Positions 48,673-62,065 of a stretch of DNA of 64,000 nt are shown in pieces. The notes below the pieces were generated by a model. It saw only the letters and a list, made by a program, of their open reading frames with translations, was not told the origin of the DNA and ran no database searches. The first letter of the stretch is position 1, and each line of letters opens with the position of its first letter. Position numbers and translations under genes: made by a program. The DNA lies in contig NW_026889774.1 of NCBI RefSeq assembly GCF_033153115.1, positions 23,560,001-23,624,000 on the forward strand, in the 5' to 3' direction. Source of the DNA: Saccostrea echinata. Its lineage: Eukaryota.

Positions 48673-49689
48673 AACTTACCAATCGTTGTTGAAAACTTAC
48701 GCACCAATAGCGACACTTTAATAACATATATGCAATGGGATTGGACACAAGTTCTTAAAACTTTTAATTTGTCCTCTTCCTTCAACAATGTCAACAAAAT
48801 GCATGTGTCACGCAATTGTATTGAATAAATTTGATTTCAGGTTTATTTAATTGTGTTAAGATATTAAAGTTGCAAAAACAAAGACGACGTCTATAACTTA
48901 CTTTATCAAAACTATCAAAAATCAAAAATTCTTGATGTAAATGATCCCTGTTTTCAAGCATGTAGAACCTTGTCAGGTACCTTAGAGGTGATCAGGTTGA
49001 AATCTGAATGCCGTAATGGTCCGAGTTACCGAGTAACACTTAACATTTCAAATTTCTAAAATGTTTTAGAGTTTTTGAATTTTAATATATTAGCATAATT
49101 TCTTAATTTTAAAAACTCAAAATGTCTTCTTCTTTTTTTAAATCTGATGTTTTAGTTCAAAAATCTTAAATTTTCAAATTTCCAAATACATTTTAAATTT
49201 TAAATTTTTAGATTTTTACTTTTAATATTCAAAATTCAAATTTCCAAACCCGACTGTTGTCTTTTAAACTTTTGAGTTTTTAATTTATCGTTTGTTCAGA
49301 AAGTTTACGCTAAACAATTTAAAATTCAGTTTCATTTTTTGTTTTTTGATATTTTATTAAAATTTACTTCAAACTTCTTAATTTCAATTTTCAAAACGTT
49401 TCAGATTTTCAAATTCAGAATTTTGATTCAAACATTCAAATTTTAAATAACCAAAACACTTTTTACATTTTGATCTTTTAGAATTTTACTTCAAATATCC
49501 AAATTATAAAATTTCCAAACCCGATTTGATTTTTGAATCACGGTCGATATCAATTCTATTTTCTAAAAATTTGAAAGCCTCAATTACTTGATTGCAAACA
49601 CGATTAAGGAAGTGAAAGTAGCGCTAGTCAATTCGTCAAATTGTCTCAAAAGCTTTTATTTTGAGGGCACCAGGAACATAAATATGTAA

Positions 49690-49730
<41 letters not shown>

Positions 49731-50016
49731 GAGAAAGCAATAAAGTTTAATTAATTACTGGTTGAAGGACACATAATCAAATAAGGTCAAATGTAAATCT
49801 CAATATAACAAATTTTTTCTTTTATACATTTGCCCTCTGTAACAATTACCGTGTATTTAAAAAGGGGGTGTACTATTATGCATCACAACTTTTTTAAACT
49901 TTAATATGGATATTTTTTTAACCAATAAACTTTGAACAATTTAAGGGGAGGGTATCAATGCGGTTCACTTTTTAGGGGGCATAAACGCTGCAATTAATCC
50001 AATGCAATTAATGAAG

Positions 50017-50660
50017 TCAGGAGATAACGAACAGTATTCAAGCTTAAAGTCCATTTAAATAATAAAAATCGGGAGCAGAGCAAACACGGACCCCCCAAAA
50101 CATTAAAAGTGGGATCAGTTGCCATGGAGGAGTGCGCATCCCCTGCCGACCGGTCACACCCGCCGTGCACTCCTTGTCCTGATCGGGAAAAATCCGTAGA
50201 TAATTCAGTGTGTAAATAATGGCCTAACAATTAGTGTATAAAAGCGTCAGTCAGCATTTGATTTAATATGTTGTATTTGCTGACCAGGTCGTTGTAATGA
50301 CCATAAAACTTGCAAAATGATGACTTCAAACGAGACTGTTGATATCCCCGTTTCATCAACTTGTTTGTTAATTGTTCGCCTCGTTTTAGACATTGTTCAT
50401 ACGCAGAGCATGCTTTTGCATATCGAATCAAATGGGAGACAAAAACCCCATTTGCAGGTGATAAGGGTATATTGCTACATAAGTATAAGGGAAGTTGACG
50501 ATTGAAATAATGAAGTCATCAGGGGCGCAATTGGTACCCATGGGAAGTCCAACAGTTTGTTAGAAGACCTGATCTCCAAAACCACATAGATATTGTCAAT
50601 CAGAAACTCAAGCATCTTTTTAATATCAACTTCAGGGTACCTGTGTGTACAATCAACTGC
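50017..50660 (-). mobile_element. Truncated, internally deleted Penelope-like retroelement (RT core/thumb relic plus 3' tail)
   Basis: Minus-strand peptides KMLEFLIDNIYVV, PMGTNCAP, IVNFPYTCSNIP, LIRYAKACS...RLKSSFCKFYG, with frameshifts. Confidence 0.8.
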
Positions 50661-53620
50661 AGAATATTCAAGTGGAACTATGTATATAAATAGATTAAGG
50701 ACGCTTAATACAAAAGTGAGATTTCATTGGCCGAGACACAGATGATTCTCTGTGAAAAGGGCTTCAATAGGGTTTCATGATCAGGGGAAACAATACAGGT
50801 TAAATAATAAAATGGAAAACATTTTCGACATAAATGATATTATCTTCATAATATGTGTTTGTTAAGTGTTACACGGACCCGTAATCTTTTCTAGTGCAAG
50901 ATTACATAATATGCAGCTGTGTTACACTCTTGTTTAGGGCTCATCTCTGAAGAAAAAAACACAGCACTATACCTGATTCGTACGAGCTGCCTTTCCGAAA
51001 GAATGAGTGGACTTAACGCCCTGTTTTGGATCTTTTTGCGATTCCTCTACCAAGCTGTAAATGAAGTGTATCCAAAATATATTACAAGCAATAGAAAGAT
51101 TTACGTATACATGGTTATATTAGGTAGAACATTTGTACAAAAGCAATGCCTTGTTGCTATGAATCAAAATTGAAGCAACTATACATTAGTGTCGCCGTCC
51201 GGAATTTGACATGTACCCGGAGCGGGTTTTAGGTCACATAATCAATATTAATAGAAGGCAGGGTTATCAGTGTCGACATCTCTCTCTCTCTTTAGAAATT
51301 CGAATATGTGTATGGTATATTACAGCGATGTCAATATGAAATTAAAAAAAAAAGTGAGGACACGCAAAATTATATTAATATTTAATTTGCTAAATTCTGA
51401 AAATATTGCAACCAAACACGCTCCAAGACGTGGTTTATATCGAATATACAATGTAATTGTTTTCACGAATACACTTGCAGGTGGACGTCACGTGATGAAT
51501 TGTAATATTTAACAGGTCAATCTAAGTCAGATCAAGGTTAACGCAGTCATAACAATGGAAGCGAGAAGTTTTTTTGAACACGTTTTTTTGTAAAATTAAG
51601 TATGAGTGCACGTTTGTCGGCTATTCTCCTTTTAATATGACATTATTTTGTTCAATATACAACTAAGTTTTCTTAAGAACAGCCGACAAACATGCGCTGA
51701 CTATGTATTCAGACGATGAAAAAGGCGTGACCCTAATTATCTATTGATATTCAAGAAATCTTCGGGCCCCATGCCTTCGATATTTATTTTGTTTTTCTCG
51801 AAAAGAGCGTTTTAAATTCATATCTGTACCAAGAATACACGGTTCGGATATCGGGGATTTATATGATGGAAAGAAATATACATTTTATAACACTTTAATT
51901 TACGGCATTTTTTCTGGACACTTAAGTCCACTCATTCTTTATTTTTTCTGCGTCTTCTGTGAAACGGCCCTTTGGTCTCAATGAAATAGCGATGTTTGAT
52001 GTATGCCCACTCTCTCTGACTACCAGAATTCTTGAACTTTCCATATTTCTATATAGATGGCATTTATATGCACCATCATCTTGAATATTCAAAGATTTCA
52101 TTTTGATAAAGGTAATTAAGCAAAAGTTCAGATATAGTAATAAATGATACTTTATATCAAACAGGTGTACATGTATACACAATATTGCTGAATGATGACT
52201 GCTTGTGTTATTGGGACCAAGTCATAACTATTTGTGTGTTTGGCGTGTTTTTAACAACATGCATGTCTACTTCCTTAACTTTGGGTTAACCCCAATTCAT
52301 TTCATTTCCTGCCACTTTGTTCGGAACATGTTCAACAATGGATGGATTGCTCCACTTTTTAATGACCCAATGCTAAGATACACTTTTAATAAGAACTACA
52401 CTTAAGAACATATTAATAAATTGTTTTCCATCTTTCCAAATAATAATTTAACAATGTATAAAAAAATATCTTTGACACGTGCCTCCACGAAAGTTCTAAA
52501 TTCTTGTTTTCCACTTAAATTACAAAGCGACACATTAATGTTTTGATAATGGCTTCTGCTGAATTAATCTTGCCTACATAAAATTTTCTAAAATAAAATA
52601 ACATAATCCATGTTCATAGTTCTAATTTAGTTGTCGAGCAGTCCCCCAAACACAAAGAAATATACCAATGTATGCAATTACTTAATATTGTTTCAAGTTC
52701 AAAATATAAGAGCCTAAAATATTAAGCACACGATAGAAAGAACTCACATGCATCAAGTAAAGCAAAAGAATCTTCCTTTTTGCATTTAGTGGCTTTAAAG
52801 AATAATTGAAGAATCCAAAATTGACACTTATTAAAACAACATAGGAAAAAGCAAGCAAGAGAGAAAGAGAGAGAGAGAGAACGGAATAAAGATGTTATAA
52901 GAGGATTGCAAAGTAATTTGATAAAATGAATTCTCAGAACAAAGCAATGAACAAACAGAAAATTTGAATATATAATTCTTTATTATGGTATATTATGGGA
53001 ACGGCTGTATTATTTTATAACACAAAAGGATGGAACGCCAACATGAGAAAGGATAGTTCATATTCTACTACAGAATTGACGAGATCAAAGAAATGCCGCG
53101 GACATTATTCTCCAATAAATCACGAACGTCATAAGAATTATCAGATCAGAAACATGTATAAAACTTGTACAGTTGAAATGAATATTTCACCGTAGAATCT
53201 AACACTTATTTAGACCATATCGATGTATCGTCTTCCGCAGTCTCAATAGTGTGTATTGCCTAAAACAGCTGAAAATTATCGGTTTTTGTAGCTAAATTAG
53301 GCTGTTCCACGGACCTCCCCACAACATTTACACTCCCTGATTTTAGTGATAAGTCAATGAATAAGACAACTGATTTTGCTATTTAACATTAAAAAAAATT
53401 AATCTATATGTGTTACAAACACATTTATAAATAATTAAAGAAAATTTTTAACCCAACAAAAGCTGAAATCGTCTGCATTCTATGAAATCAATACACAAGT
53501 AAACAAACAAATTGATCCTCTGGTGTTAAATAGAACAGCGTAATCGCGACATGGTGACCTTAGAATTCGTTTCTCTATAGAGGAAACGATCAGCCTTATT
53601 TTAGAGCTGTTAGTAGAAAA

Positions 53621-53791
53621 GGAATAAAGTCCTTGTTGTCATGAATGATACAGGATAACCTCCTTGGTCTCGAAATGTTGTTTGAAATATGAAAGCCTCG
53701 GCTAACGCTTCGGCTTTTATATTTCAAAAAAACATTTCTCGATCTCGGAGGTCATCCTGCAATATTCACGAAAACGCGGACTTTATTTCTT
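53621..53791. mobile_element. Long palindromic element
   Basis: ~170-bp imperfect hairpin centred on CTCGGCTAACGCTTCGG. Confidence 0.65.
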
Positions 53792-54608
53792 AAACAAACA
53801 ACAAAATGGATCATCAAAAGCATTTTCAATTCAAAACAATACACAACTTATTTTATTATTTTTTTTTACATTACTCATATTCCAAGTAGAACAGTAAAAT
53901 ATATTCAAAGTTCAAAATGCTTGACCCTGGGAGATGCAGAGGTCATGCAACTCATGACCCTGACCTTCAGAGGTGTAGAGGTCAAGGACTGGTGTATTTT
54001 CATATTTCATCATAAAGTCTGACATAAATGAATGTTGTTGCTCGTGAGCACCACGACTGCCAACAAAGTGCCAACACTGGTAAGGATGACAGGAAACTCT
54101 GATATCAAGAGAGGAAACTGAATAACAGAGAAATAATTTGATAACATGAAATTATCATTGTTTCTTGCTTGTCAGTTCTTTCAAACCCCTCAACGATTGA
54201 TAGAAAGAAGGTTAAATATATTGTTGTTTGTCAGAAAACGAAGTCAATGTCTTTCTACATGAACAAAGTAAAACACACCAATAAGTATGAAAATTTACAT
54301 ATATTTGTTTGCTCCTCGTGACCATCTGTTTTGCAGTATTAGTTTTAATAAATAGATCTGCGTGTATTTGGTATGTCTCATTGGTTGTATGGCATATTTT
54401 TATTCCTAATATTGTTCAAGCTGTTTTCTTAGTTTTGTATAAAATAACACTTCTATGAGATCGAAATTTGACCTTTGTAATTTTTCGGTTCTATTGCCAA
54501 TTTTATTTATATCTAAACAATAAAATGCTTTCTTTGGTTGTTAGTACTGGAATTAATGTTGCAGCTGTTGCAGAAAAAAATGCATGTGATTTTTTTCTGC
54601 AATAGCTG

Positions 54609-55702
54609 CAACGGAAGCGTACATGTATTAGTGCCACGAAATATTTTTTTAAGATGGTAATTCCAACTTTAAGGTTGGTTTTTTCCAACTTTAAAGTTGG
54701 TAATTCCAACTTAAATCTTGGCTTTTCCATCTTTAAAGTTGGTAATTCCAATCTTATAGTTGTTTTTTCCAACTTAGTGCCACGCAATTTATTTTAAGTT
54801 GGTAATTCTAACTTTAATCTTGGCTTTTCCAAATTTAAAGTTGGTAATTCCAACTTTAATCTTGGTAATTCCAACTTTAATCTTGGCTTTTCCAATCTTA
54901 AAGTTGTTAATTTCGACTTTAATCTTGGCTTTTCCAACTTTTAATTTGAGCTTTTTCTAGCCCTTTTCTTTAGCTTTTTTTCCTTTATTTTAAATCATTA
55001 CCAACTTTATTAATGCAATATTGATACACTGAAATAGATTGATGAGCAATTAATCTGTGTCAATTATTTTTTAACTTGACCTTCCCTGTGACCTACATAT
55101 AACGTAAGGGTTCGGGTTTGAAGTTTGAAAAACCTTATAATTTTTTTGTCCATTTTATATAATTATACAGAGAATAACTTCAGATAACTCCATACATTAC
55201 AGTATTTCAACCAAAGCTATTTTATAGATAAGATATAAATTTTGTTTGTATGAGAGAATAAGCTTAAACAAATATTTCCTGTTTAATATAGGGGATGAAT
55301 CAACACTATATTACATGCTACAAACACAACTAAACTAAATGTATCAATTCTGTATGTGAAAACACAATGAAATTATTCCTTCTTTCATCATATTCCATCA
55401 TTAAGTCGTTTCTTTCCAGTGTAATTACATGTTTGAAACAGCAACACGAGTCCAGCTACAAAGTACAATCATGTATCTGAATTTAACGCATAAATGTACA
55501 AAGATAGAAAAACCAAGATTAAAGTTGGAATTACCAACTTTAAAGTTGGAAAAGCCAAGATTAAAGTTGGAAAGGCCAAGATTTAAGTTGGAATTACCAA
55601 CTTTAAAAGTTGCAAAAACCAAGATTAAAGTTAGAAAAGCCAATTTTAAAGTTGGAATTACCAACTTAAAAAAAAATTACGTGGCACTAATACGCTTCCG
55701 TA
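54609..55702. mobile_element. Fold-back element with 21-bp minisatellite arms
   Basis: TIR ACGGAAGCGTA..TTAGTGCCACG / CGTGGCACTAATACGCTTCCGTA; inverted arrays of TTCCAACTTTAAAGTTGGTAA at ~54650-54945 and ~55500-55670. Confidence 0.8.
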
Positions 55703-56723
55703 GCAACGTTAATTCTCGTGCTAACAAAGAAAGAAAGAACATTTATTGTTTATTTTATATCTGTACAAAATATCATTGAAGAAGGATTTAGTAGATGAAA
55801 TAGTGTATTATTGATATGTACGGCATTTAAATGTTTTTGTCAAATATAAAAGAATTTGAAAAAAATGTAGGCAAAGGATGTTTCCATTTATAATATGATG
55901 TTATGATATTATGTTAGGTTTACTCGAAGTGACTACTCAAAGGTCTCGATAATTAAACTCTGATAAAGTAAACTAGTAGTACTATTGGTATTTTTACTTG
56001 GAAAGTTATATCTCTTATCAGAGGGTCGATCCCCCTTAATTCAATGGTATATAGGTCATAACCCCTGGAGGTCACCCCCACCCCGAAACTTGAAATGATC
56101 ACAATATGACCTGCCTCAAAAAGGTATCAATATACTTGACGCTACGTTGATTACTCCACGGGGAGGACCCATCCTTCTAGAATATTAGAAATGAAAATCA
56201 TTTTGTCATGCTCCATATGATCATTTTTTATGCTAAGAGAAAGTAATGGTTGTATATATTTGAACAATCGAGGGTGGGGGAGAATCTCTGATGATAAATG
56301 TTCAAGAATCCTAAAATTTGTTAATTTTACCTCACTTCATACTTGTCATCAATACTTATTTCAAATTATGAATGGGCTACTACGAAAAATATCAGAGGAG
56401 TATAGGGATCAAGGTTTTTTGTAGAAAAAATCGCAATTTGTACTCCCCCCCCCCGTGTCAAAATGAAAAATTCGAAACCGTAGTGCACATCCACAGACAC
56501 CACATATTCCAAAAAATGAATGGGCTACTGCGAAAAATGTAAGAGGAGTTCATGGGAAAAAATGTATTTTGATTCGCAACCCAGTGAAGGGTGAAATGAA
56601 AATTCCAAAACATCATTGCACATCTAGAGGACATTTGAAATAATATTCCAAAATGTGAATATGTTTCCAAGGGTGAATATGAAAATTTCCAAATATTTTT
56701 GCACCTGTACAGGACAACACCAT

Positions 56724-56814
56724 AGGCCTGTTCAACAGAGCGAACGTTCGCGAGCGCTCGCCAAATTTCTTATACCTCTAACAGATATGTTCGCGAGCGC
56801 TGTTGAATAGACCT
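56724..56814. mobile_element. 91-bp MITE with 3-bp TSD, inside an older repeat relic
   Basis: AGGCCTGTTCAACAG...CTGTTGAATAGACCT flanked by CAT on both sides. Confidence 0.6.
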
Positions 56815-59371
56815 CATCATTCCCAAGGATGAGTTGGTTACTGCTTAAAATGTAGGAGTAGTTTGAGGAAGAGGATAGTGTGACTGACGGGCGGGCGGAC
56901 GGAACAGGATAACAACAATATACCGGAATTTTCTTTGGAAAATATGGAAATATAAAAACATAAACAACTTGTCCATGCTTAAAACAACTACATGTATATT
57001 GGGGTGGAGATGGGAGTGTAGGACAAGCCACTTTCCAAGTCAATTTTATTCAGATATAACTCCAAAAATCTCATGGGGTTGTGGACCCCCTTTCTGGATC
57101 CGCGCATGTTTTTTTTTTTTTCATTTCAGGATAATTAAAGGACAATTCGTTTTCCTTCATATCTGTGACTTTCCAAACCAATTAACTATGTGTCCTTGTT
57201 TTCTATGGAGGTCTAAGGTCATTCTTTGGCTATAAATTTATGACTTTAAAAATTTTGTAATTATTTAGTTTATTTTAAATTTTAAAATTTATTAAAATAC
57301 CTGCAAGATTCGTTTACCTATACTACTATCATGTAAATGCCGAAATATTAAACATAATAATATGAAAGTAAACCTGAATTTCAGTTGAAATTCACTATAA
57401 AATAAAAGACTTGTTTGTGTTCTCGTTATTTTACTGTTTCACACTCTAATGACCACAGTAGATAATGAATAGTATGTACTTAAATCAAGTGAGCTTGGTC
57501 TTTGACCATTACTCACTACACTGATTTCACAAAGCAGTAACAAACAATACCAGGTAACTTAACGCTGCAGAACAATTTATATACAATTTTATATGGAAAA
57601 TGCTTTACGGGAGCCTCCAGATAAACAAACATTAAGGTAAACGTTTAAATGAGTTTGCGAATTAGTTAAGTTTCTGAAAAGAAAACCGTTAACAAACTGA
57701 TCCTTTTAGGGAAAAAAAATCGATTTTTGAGACTAAACAAACTAATTAATTTTCTGTTTAAGGTGTGCTGCTTGATTTCATTAATTCAAAATGTAAAAAG
57801 AATGACTAAAGATGCACCAGAATCCATCAAAATGGTACCCATTAAACATGTTTAAAAAAATCTAGCTCAGATACTCCCCGCACCCTAACCCAGAAACTTA
57901 ATGACGGTCCTTATAATTATTAGCAAGACGAACTTGAGGCATGGATATTTGTATCCTGTTTAGAGGCAGAACATATTCTAGGTTAATTGCAGAAATTTTC
58001 TATAATTGGAGGGGCAAAGGAATTAATATTTTTTATTTTTTTATATTCCGTCAATTTTGCATCGGGATCGAAATTTTGAGTTTAAAATTATGACGTGTGG
58101 CGCGAACAGCAAATTCGATCAGAAGAGCTTGTTGAATTTCCTGAAAAAGCCTTTTATGAAAACAATATTTGTTGGAGTCAGATGCATGAATTGATAGCAT
58201 TTCAGACAAGGTATATTTTTAAGCCGTGGAAAAAGACTGCTTATCGCCAACTGGTGAGTCGGGTAACAAAAATAGATTTACTCTGTCTCTGTTATGTACT
58301 AGTCTGTATCGTGGTGAAAATGCGTATAATGTTATACATTGAAAATATTTAATAATCATCTTTACAGCTAGACTTCAAAATGGAAATTTGTTGGCATAGT
58401 TATATTATGCAGTGAATCCTTTACCAGTGTTTACAGAAATATTGTTAATTTAATGACACAAGGGTAGAGACACCAGGTCCATGATGAGGCTAACGAAATG
58501 CAAAATATTTTTCTGCTGGAAACCAAGCAGTCAAACTGTTGGCATGATTATAATTGCGCTTAGTTTTTCTACCAAAATGATGAAATTCATGACTCTTAGG
58601 ACAATGGTTTTGGCTTCAGTGTGGCAAATCATATATTAATAAGGGTAGGGGATGGGGGTAAGCCTTTTAAAATTTTCTTTTCATTTTGACATGAAGCATT
58701 TAACAGGTCTAGGCACCTACGTGTTTGGAGGATAAGGTTCCTCAGAAAATGGAGAATAGGGATCTTGCTACCTACCAGACTTTTCAAAACAAAGGGCAGT
58801 TGCATGTGACCTTTTACAAACAAATAACAATTCATGCATTTTATAAAATGATTTATAAACCATGCAGTGATATCTAAACCAAAACAAATAAAAGATAATA
58901 ACATAATGTTGATAAAGTAAAATAATCTCTGACCAATATTACACCATTTGTGTATTTACCGTTAACCATTAATTAGTTGACAGTTTGAAAACAGATTACC
59001 CTTCCTTCACTTACAGGCAGGGTTATTTTTACTTATATATTCATTCATTCATTTATCTTTTATCAACTTATCTTATAGCGAGGTCTGTATTTTGCATTTC
59101 AATATATTTCCATCTGTACAGTGTATTTCTATTTCATTCTTTTTAAAATTAAAAGAAAATAAAAAAGTAATTTCAAGGTGCCTTTTTGTTTGTTTTTAAA
59201 ATAGGGTGAAAAAATAATAAAGCAAAAGAAATTTACTGTAAAAAGAGAGTGCAAAAAGTGCAAACTTTAAAAAAAATTGTGAAAGATCTAGACATAGAAT
59301 CTCAAATCTACACATACAACCAATGCTTTAATGTATGAACTTTTATTTAAATGTAATTTGGTGCATGCTCT

Positions 59372-59678
59372 GTTTGTTTATTTGTTTGTTGTTGAACGTC
59401 CCTCTCGAAAATTTTTCACTCATATGGAGACGCCACCACTTGCCGGTGGAGGGCTACAAATTTTGACCTATACTCAGTACTCAGGGCCATTGAGCAATGA
59501 GGGATCTTTTTCGTGCCAGCATCTACTGTGACACAGGACCTCAGTATAATCAGTTTATACAGTCTCATCCGAAGGACCAGTCTTCACGTTCTGCAGTGGG
59601 ATTCGAACCCACGACATAAGAATATCTCCTTACTCCGTGACTCTAGAGCTGAGGCTCTAACCACTGCGCAACACAGGT
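59372..59678 (-). mobile_element. tRNA-derived SINE
   Basis: Minus strand: A box GCGCAGTGGTTAGAGC, B box GGTTCGAATCC, body with TGGCACGAAAAAGATCCC (Deu/Nin-domain-like), (AAAC)n tail. Confidence 0.82.
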
Positions 59679-60449
59679 GAACTCTGGTGCATGTACTTTT
59701 CCACTAAAGGTAGGCACAAGGAGTTTGAAAATTACCTTTGTTATCCTTCAAAATGGGAGGATAAGCCATCCCACAATGCATTTCAATTTTCCATACATGG
59801 AGATAATTTGTCCACCATTTTGAATTTTGGCTATCCTCTAAAAATGAAGACTCCCTAGACCTGTTTAAATTGTTTGCATAATATACCTATCCTTTACCAA
59901 TACTGTTCTCTAAAATTCACTGCATCTGGGTTCAGGGTTCAGGCCCATCTTCATTATGGAAACTTAGAAGGTAAACAAATAAATTGTATAATTATAATGA
60001 GGAGCTAATCCTTTACCAAAGTTGTAAAATTCTTCAGACCCCAGGGTTAACTGAAGCTCAGCTGCCCTGATGAGTTCCAGGGTGGGATTAGTTAGTCGTA
60101 TTATGAGAAACTCTTGATACTCAGTGACAAACACCCTTGGCCTCTTGTATTACTTTAAGGACAGGTTCTAAGCGTCACAAAATATTGGCCATGGATATTC
60201 TTTTCAAGGGCGGAAACAAAATGTTTTTGTCAATAAGAAAACTGTATAGCTAGGCATTTAACTAGCATAAATTTATGTAAGTTATGACAAATCAGCACTG
60301 ATACGCAGTATCCATTTTAATCATTTGTTTTAGATGCAGAATCACTGGAGACAAGCAAGTATAGTTGCAGAGAGATTTACCAAGACACAGGTAAAATAAA
60401 ACTGAGTTTTTGTACAAATTAAACACACAACTGTGTCTGTATCATTAAT

Positions 60450-61375
60450 ATTTTTATGCCTCATCATGAATATGGCCCAGACATATAGTATTTGTCATAT
60501 CCAACTTCTGTCCTTCCATTTGTCCTTCCATCACACTTTGCAATTAGCTCAATTTCAAAGAAACTGTTCAAGTTATTTTTATTTAATTCATATGTTCATA
60601 AATTCATACATATAGATGAGACCTTTACCTCACATAAAAAATGTATGTTAGCTCAGTTTCAGGAAAAAAAAAAACTATTAAAGATATTTTTATCAAACCC
60701 ATATATTCTAATACATACTGACGTGAGCTATTCAACATTCCCAACATTTTTTTTTTTACCTTGATCTTTCCATTGACCTTGATTTCGCCTGTCTAAAATC
60801 TGTTTTTAGCTAAGCTTCAAAGAACTTGAAGATGTTTTTTAATAACATTTCATATGCTGATACATGTTGGTAAGTATTTGTCGACTTCATCAATATTTTT
60901 TGACCTTGACCTTTCCTTTGACCTTGACCCTGACTTTTCTCAAAGTTTCAAAATTTTTTTTAGCTAAGATTCAAAGAAATAAGTCTAGATATTTTAATCA
61001 AACTTCATACACTAATACGTTTTGGTGAGTGCTATTGAATTGCATAAAAAATTGGCTCTGGCCTTCCTTTTGACCTTGACCTCACTTTCTTTAATTTGCA
61101 TTTAGCTCAGATTCAAAGGAACTTTTCAAGATATTTTGTTGTAAGCTTATGCCTTGGTACATTAACATAATTTGGTAATTTACCAACTGTGTCCAATTTT
61201 TTTTTTTACCTTGACCTTCCCAGTTCCCTTTGAATTTACCATTTATGGCATATTAAGTTGTGGCATGTTCAGTTAAAAGAAACCTTTTAGGTATTTTACT
61301 CAAACTTCATTCACTAATGCAAATTTTTGTGTTGCATTACTAACAAACTCTGGTTGGAACATTCATGCCCTATGG
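60450..61375 (+). repeat. Degenerate HINE-type element with TGACCTT-rich tandem units
   Basis: Repeated TTAGCT.AG.TTCAAAG and TTGACCTT motifs after a GTCC-like tract. Confidence 0.55.
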
Positions 61376-62065
61376 TTTTCACTGCTATACATTGCACACT
61401 ACACTGTATAGAGTTCTGATACTGTGGTATAGATATATATTCAGTTACTGTGATCTGCCTTAAATCTAATATAAAATAAATTCAAGTCTACCATGCATGT
61501 CTTACTCAATTTGTAATCATTGCAAGCATTTGGACCATTTTATTTCAAAATGAATTATTTGAACTCTTTATTTGCATGTATTTTCCCCATTTTTCAGTAG
61601 AAACAGTAGTTTCTCTTCATAAATACTTTTATCTGATTTTTTTTTTGGAGGAGGTGCAGGGGGTTTGGGGGGGGGGGGAGGAGTGTAACTTGCTAATACA
61701 TTATAGATGAATTTAACATTTGGAAGCTTGCCTCACCTGAGTTCCAGTTCATTTGAACATTGTCTGTATAGTGAACATCTATGCATATAAACACATTATT
61801 TTGATCCTGTTTTAAAAAGTATGTCCTGATATGTTATAATTTTTATAAAGACCTCAAAAGTTTTCATTTGCTGTGCCTTTTGCTATACTCAGGTATTTGT
61901 TGAGCAGAGCACTTCCATCCTATTTAAAAAAAAATTCTGTCTCCACAATGGAAATTGTGAGTATGCAAAAGGAATTGAAATGAGACAGGGATGTGATTTC
62001 TTTATGCACTAAAATTTCTTGGATGCAAAAGTTGTGTGCGCTTGTATTAGGCATTGACTTCTTCA

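Noticed and set aside
54503-55779. LELPTLK-repeat ORFs
   Set aside because: In-frame reading of the 21-bp repeat arms of a fold-back element.
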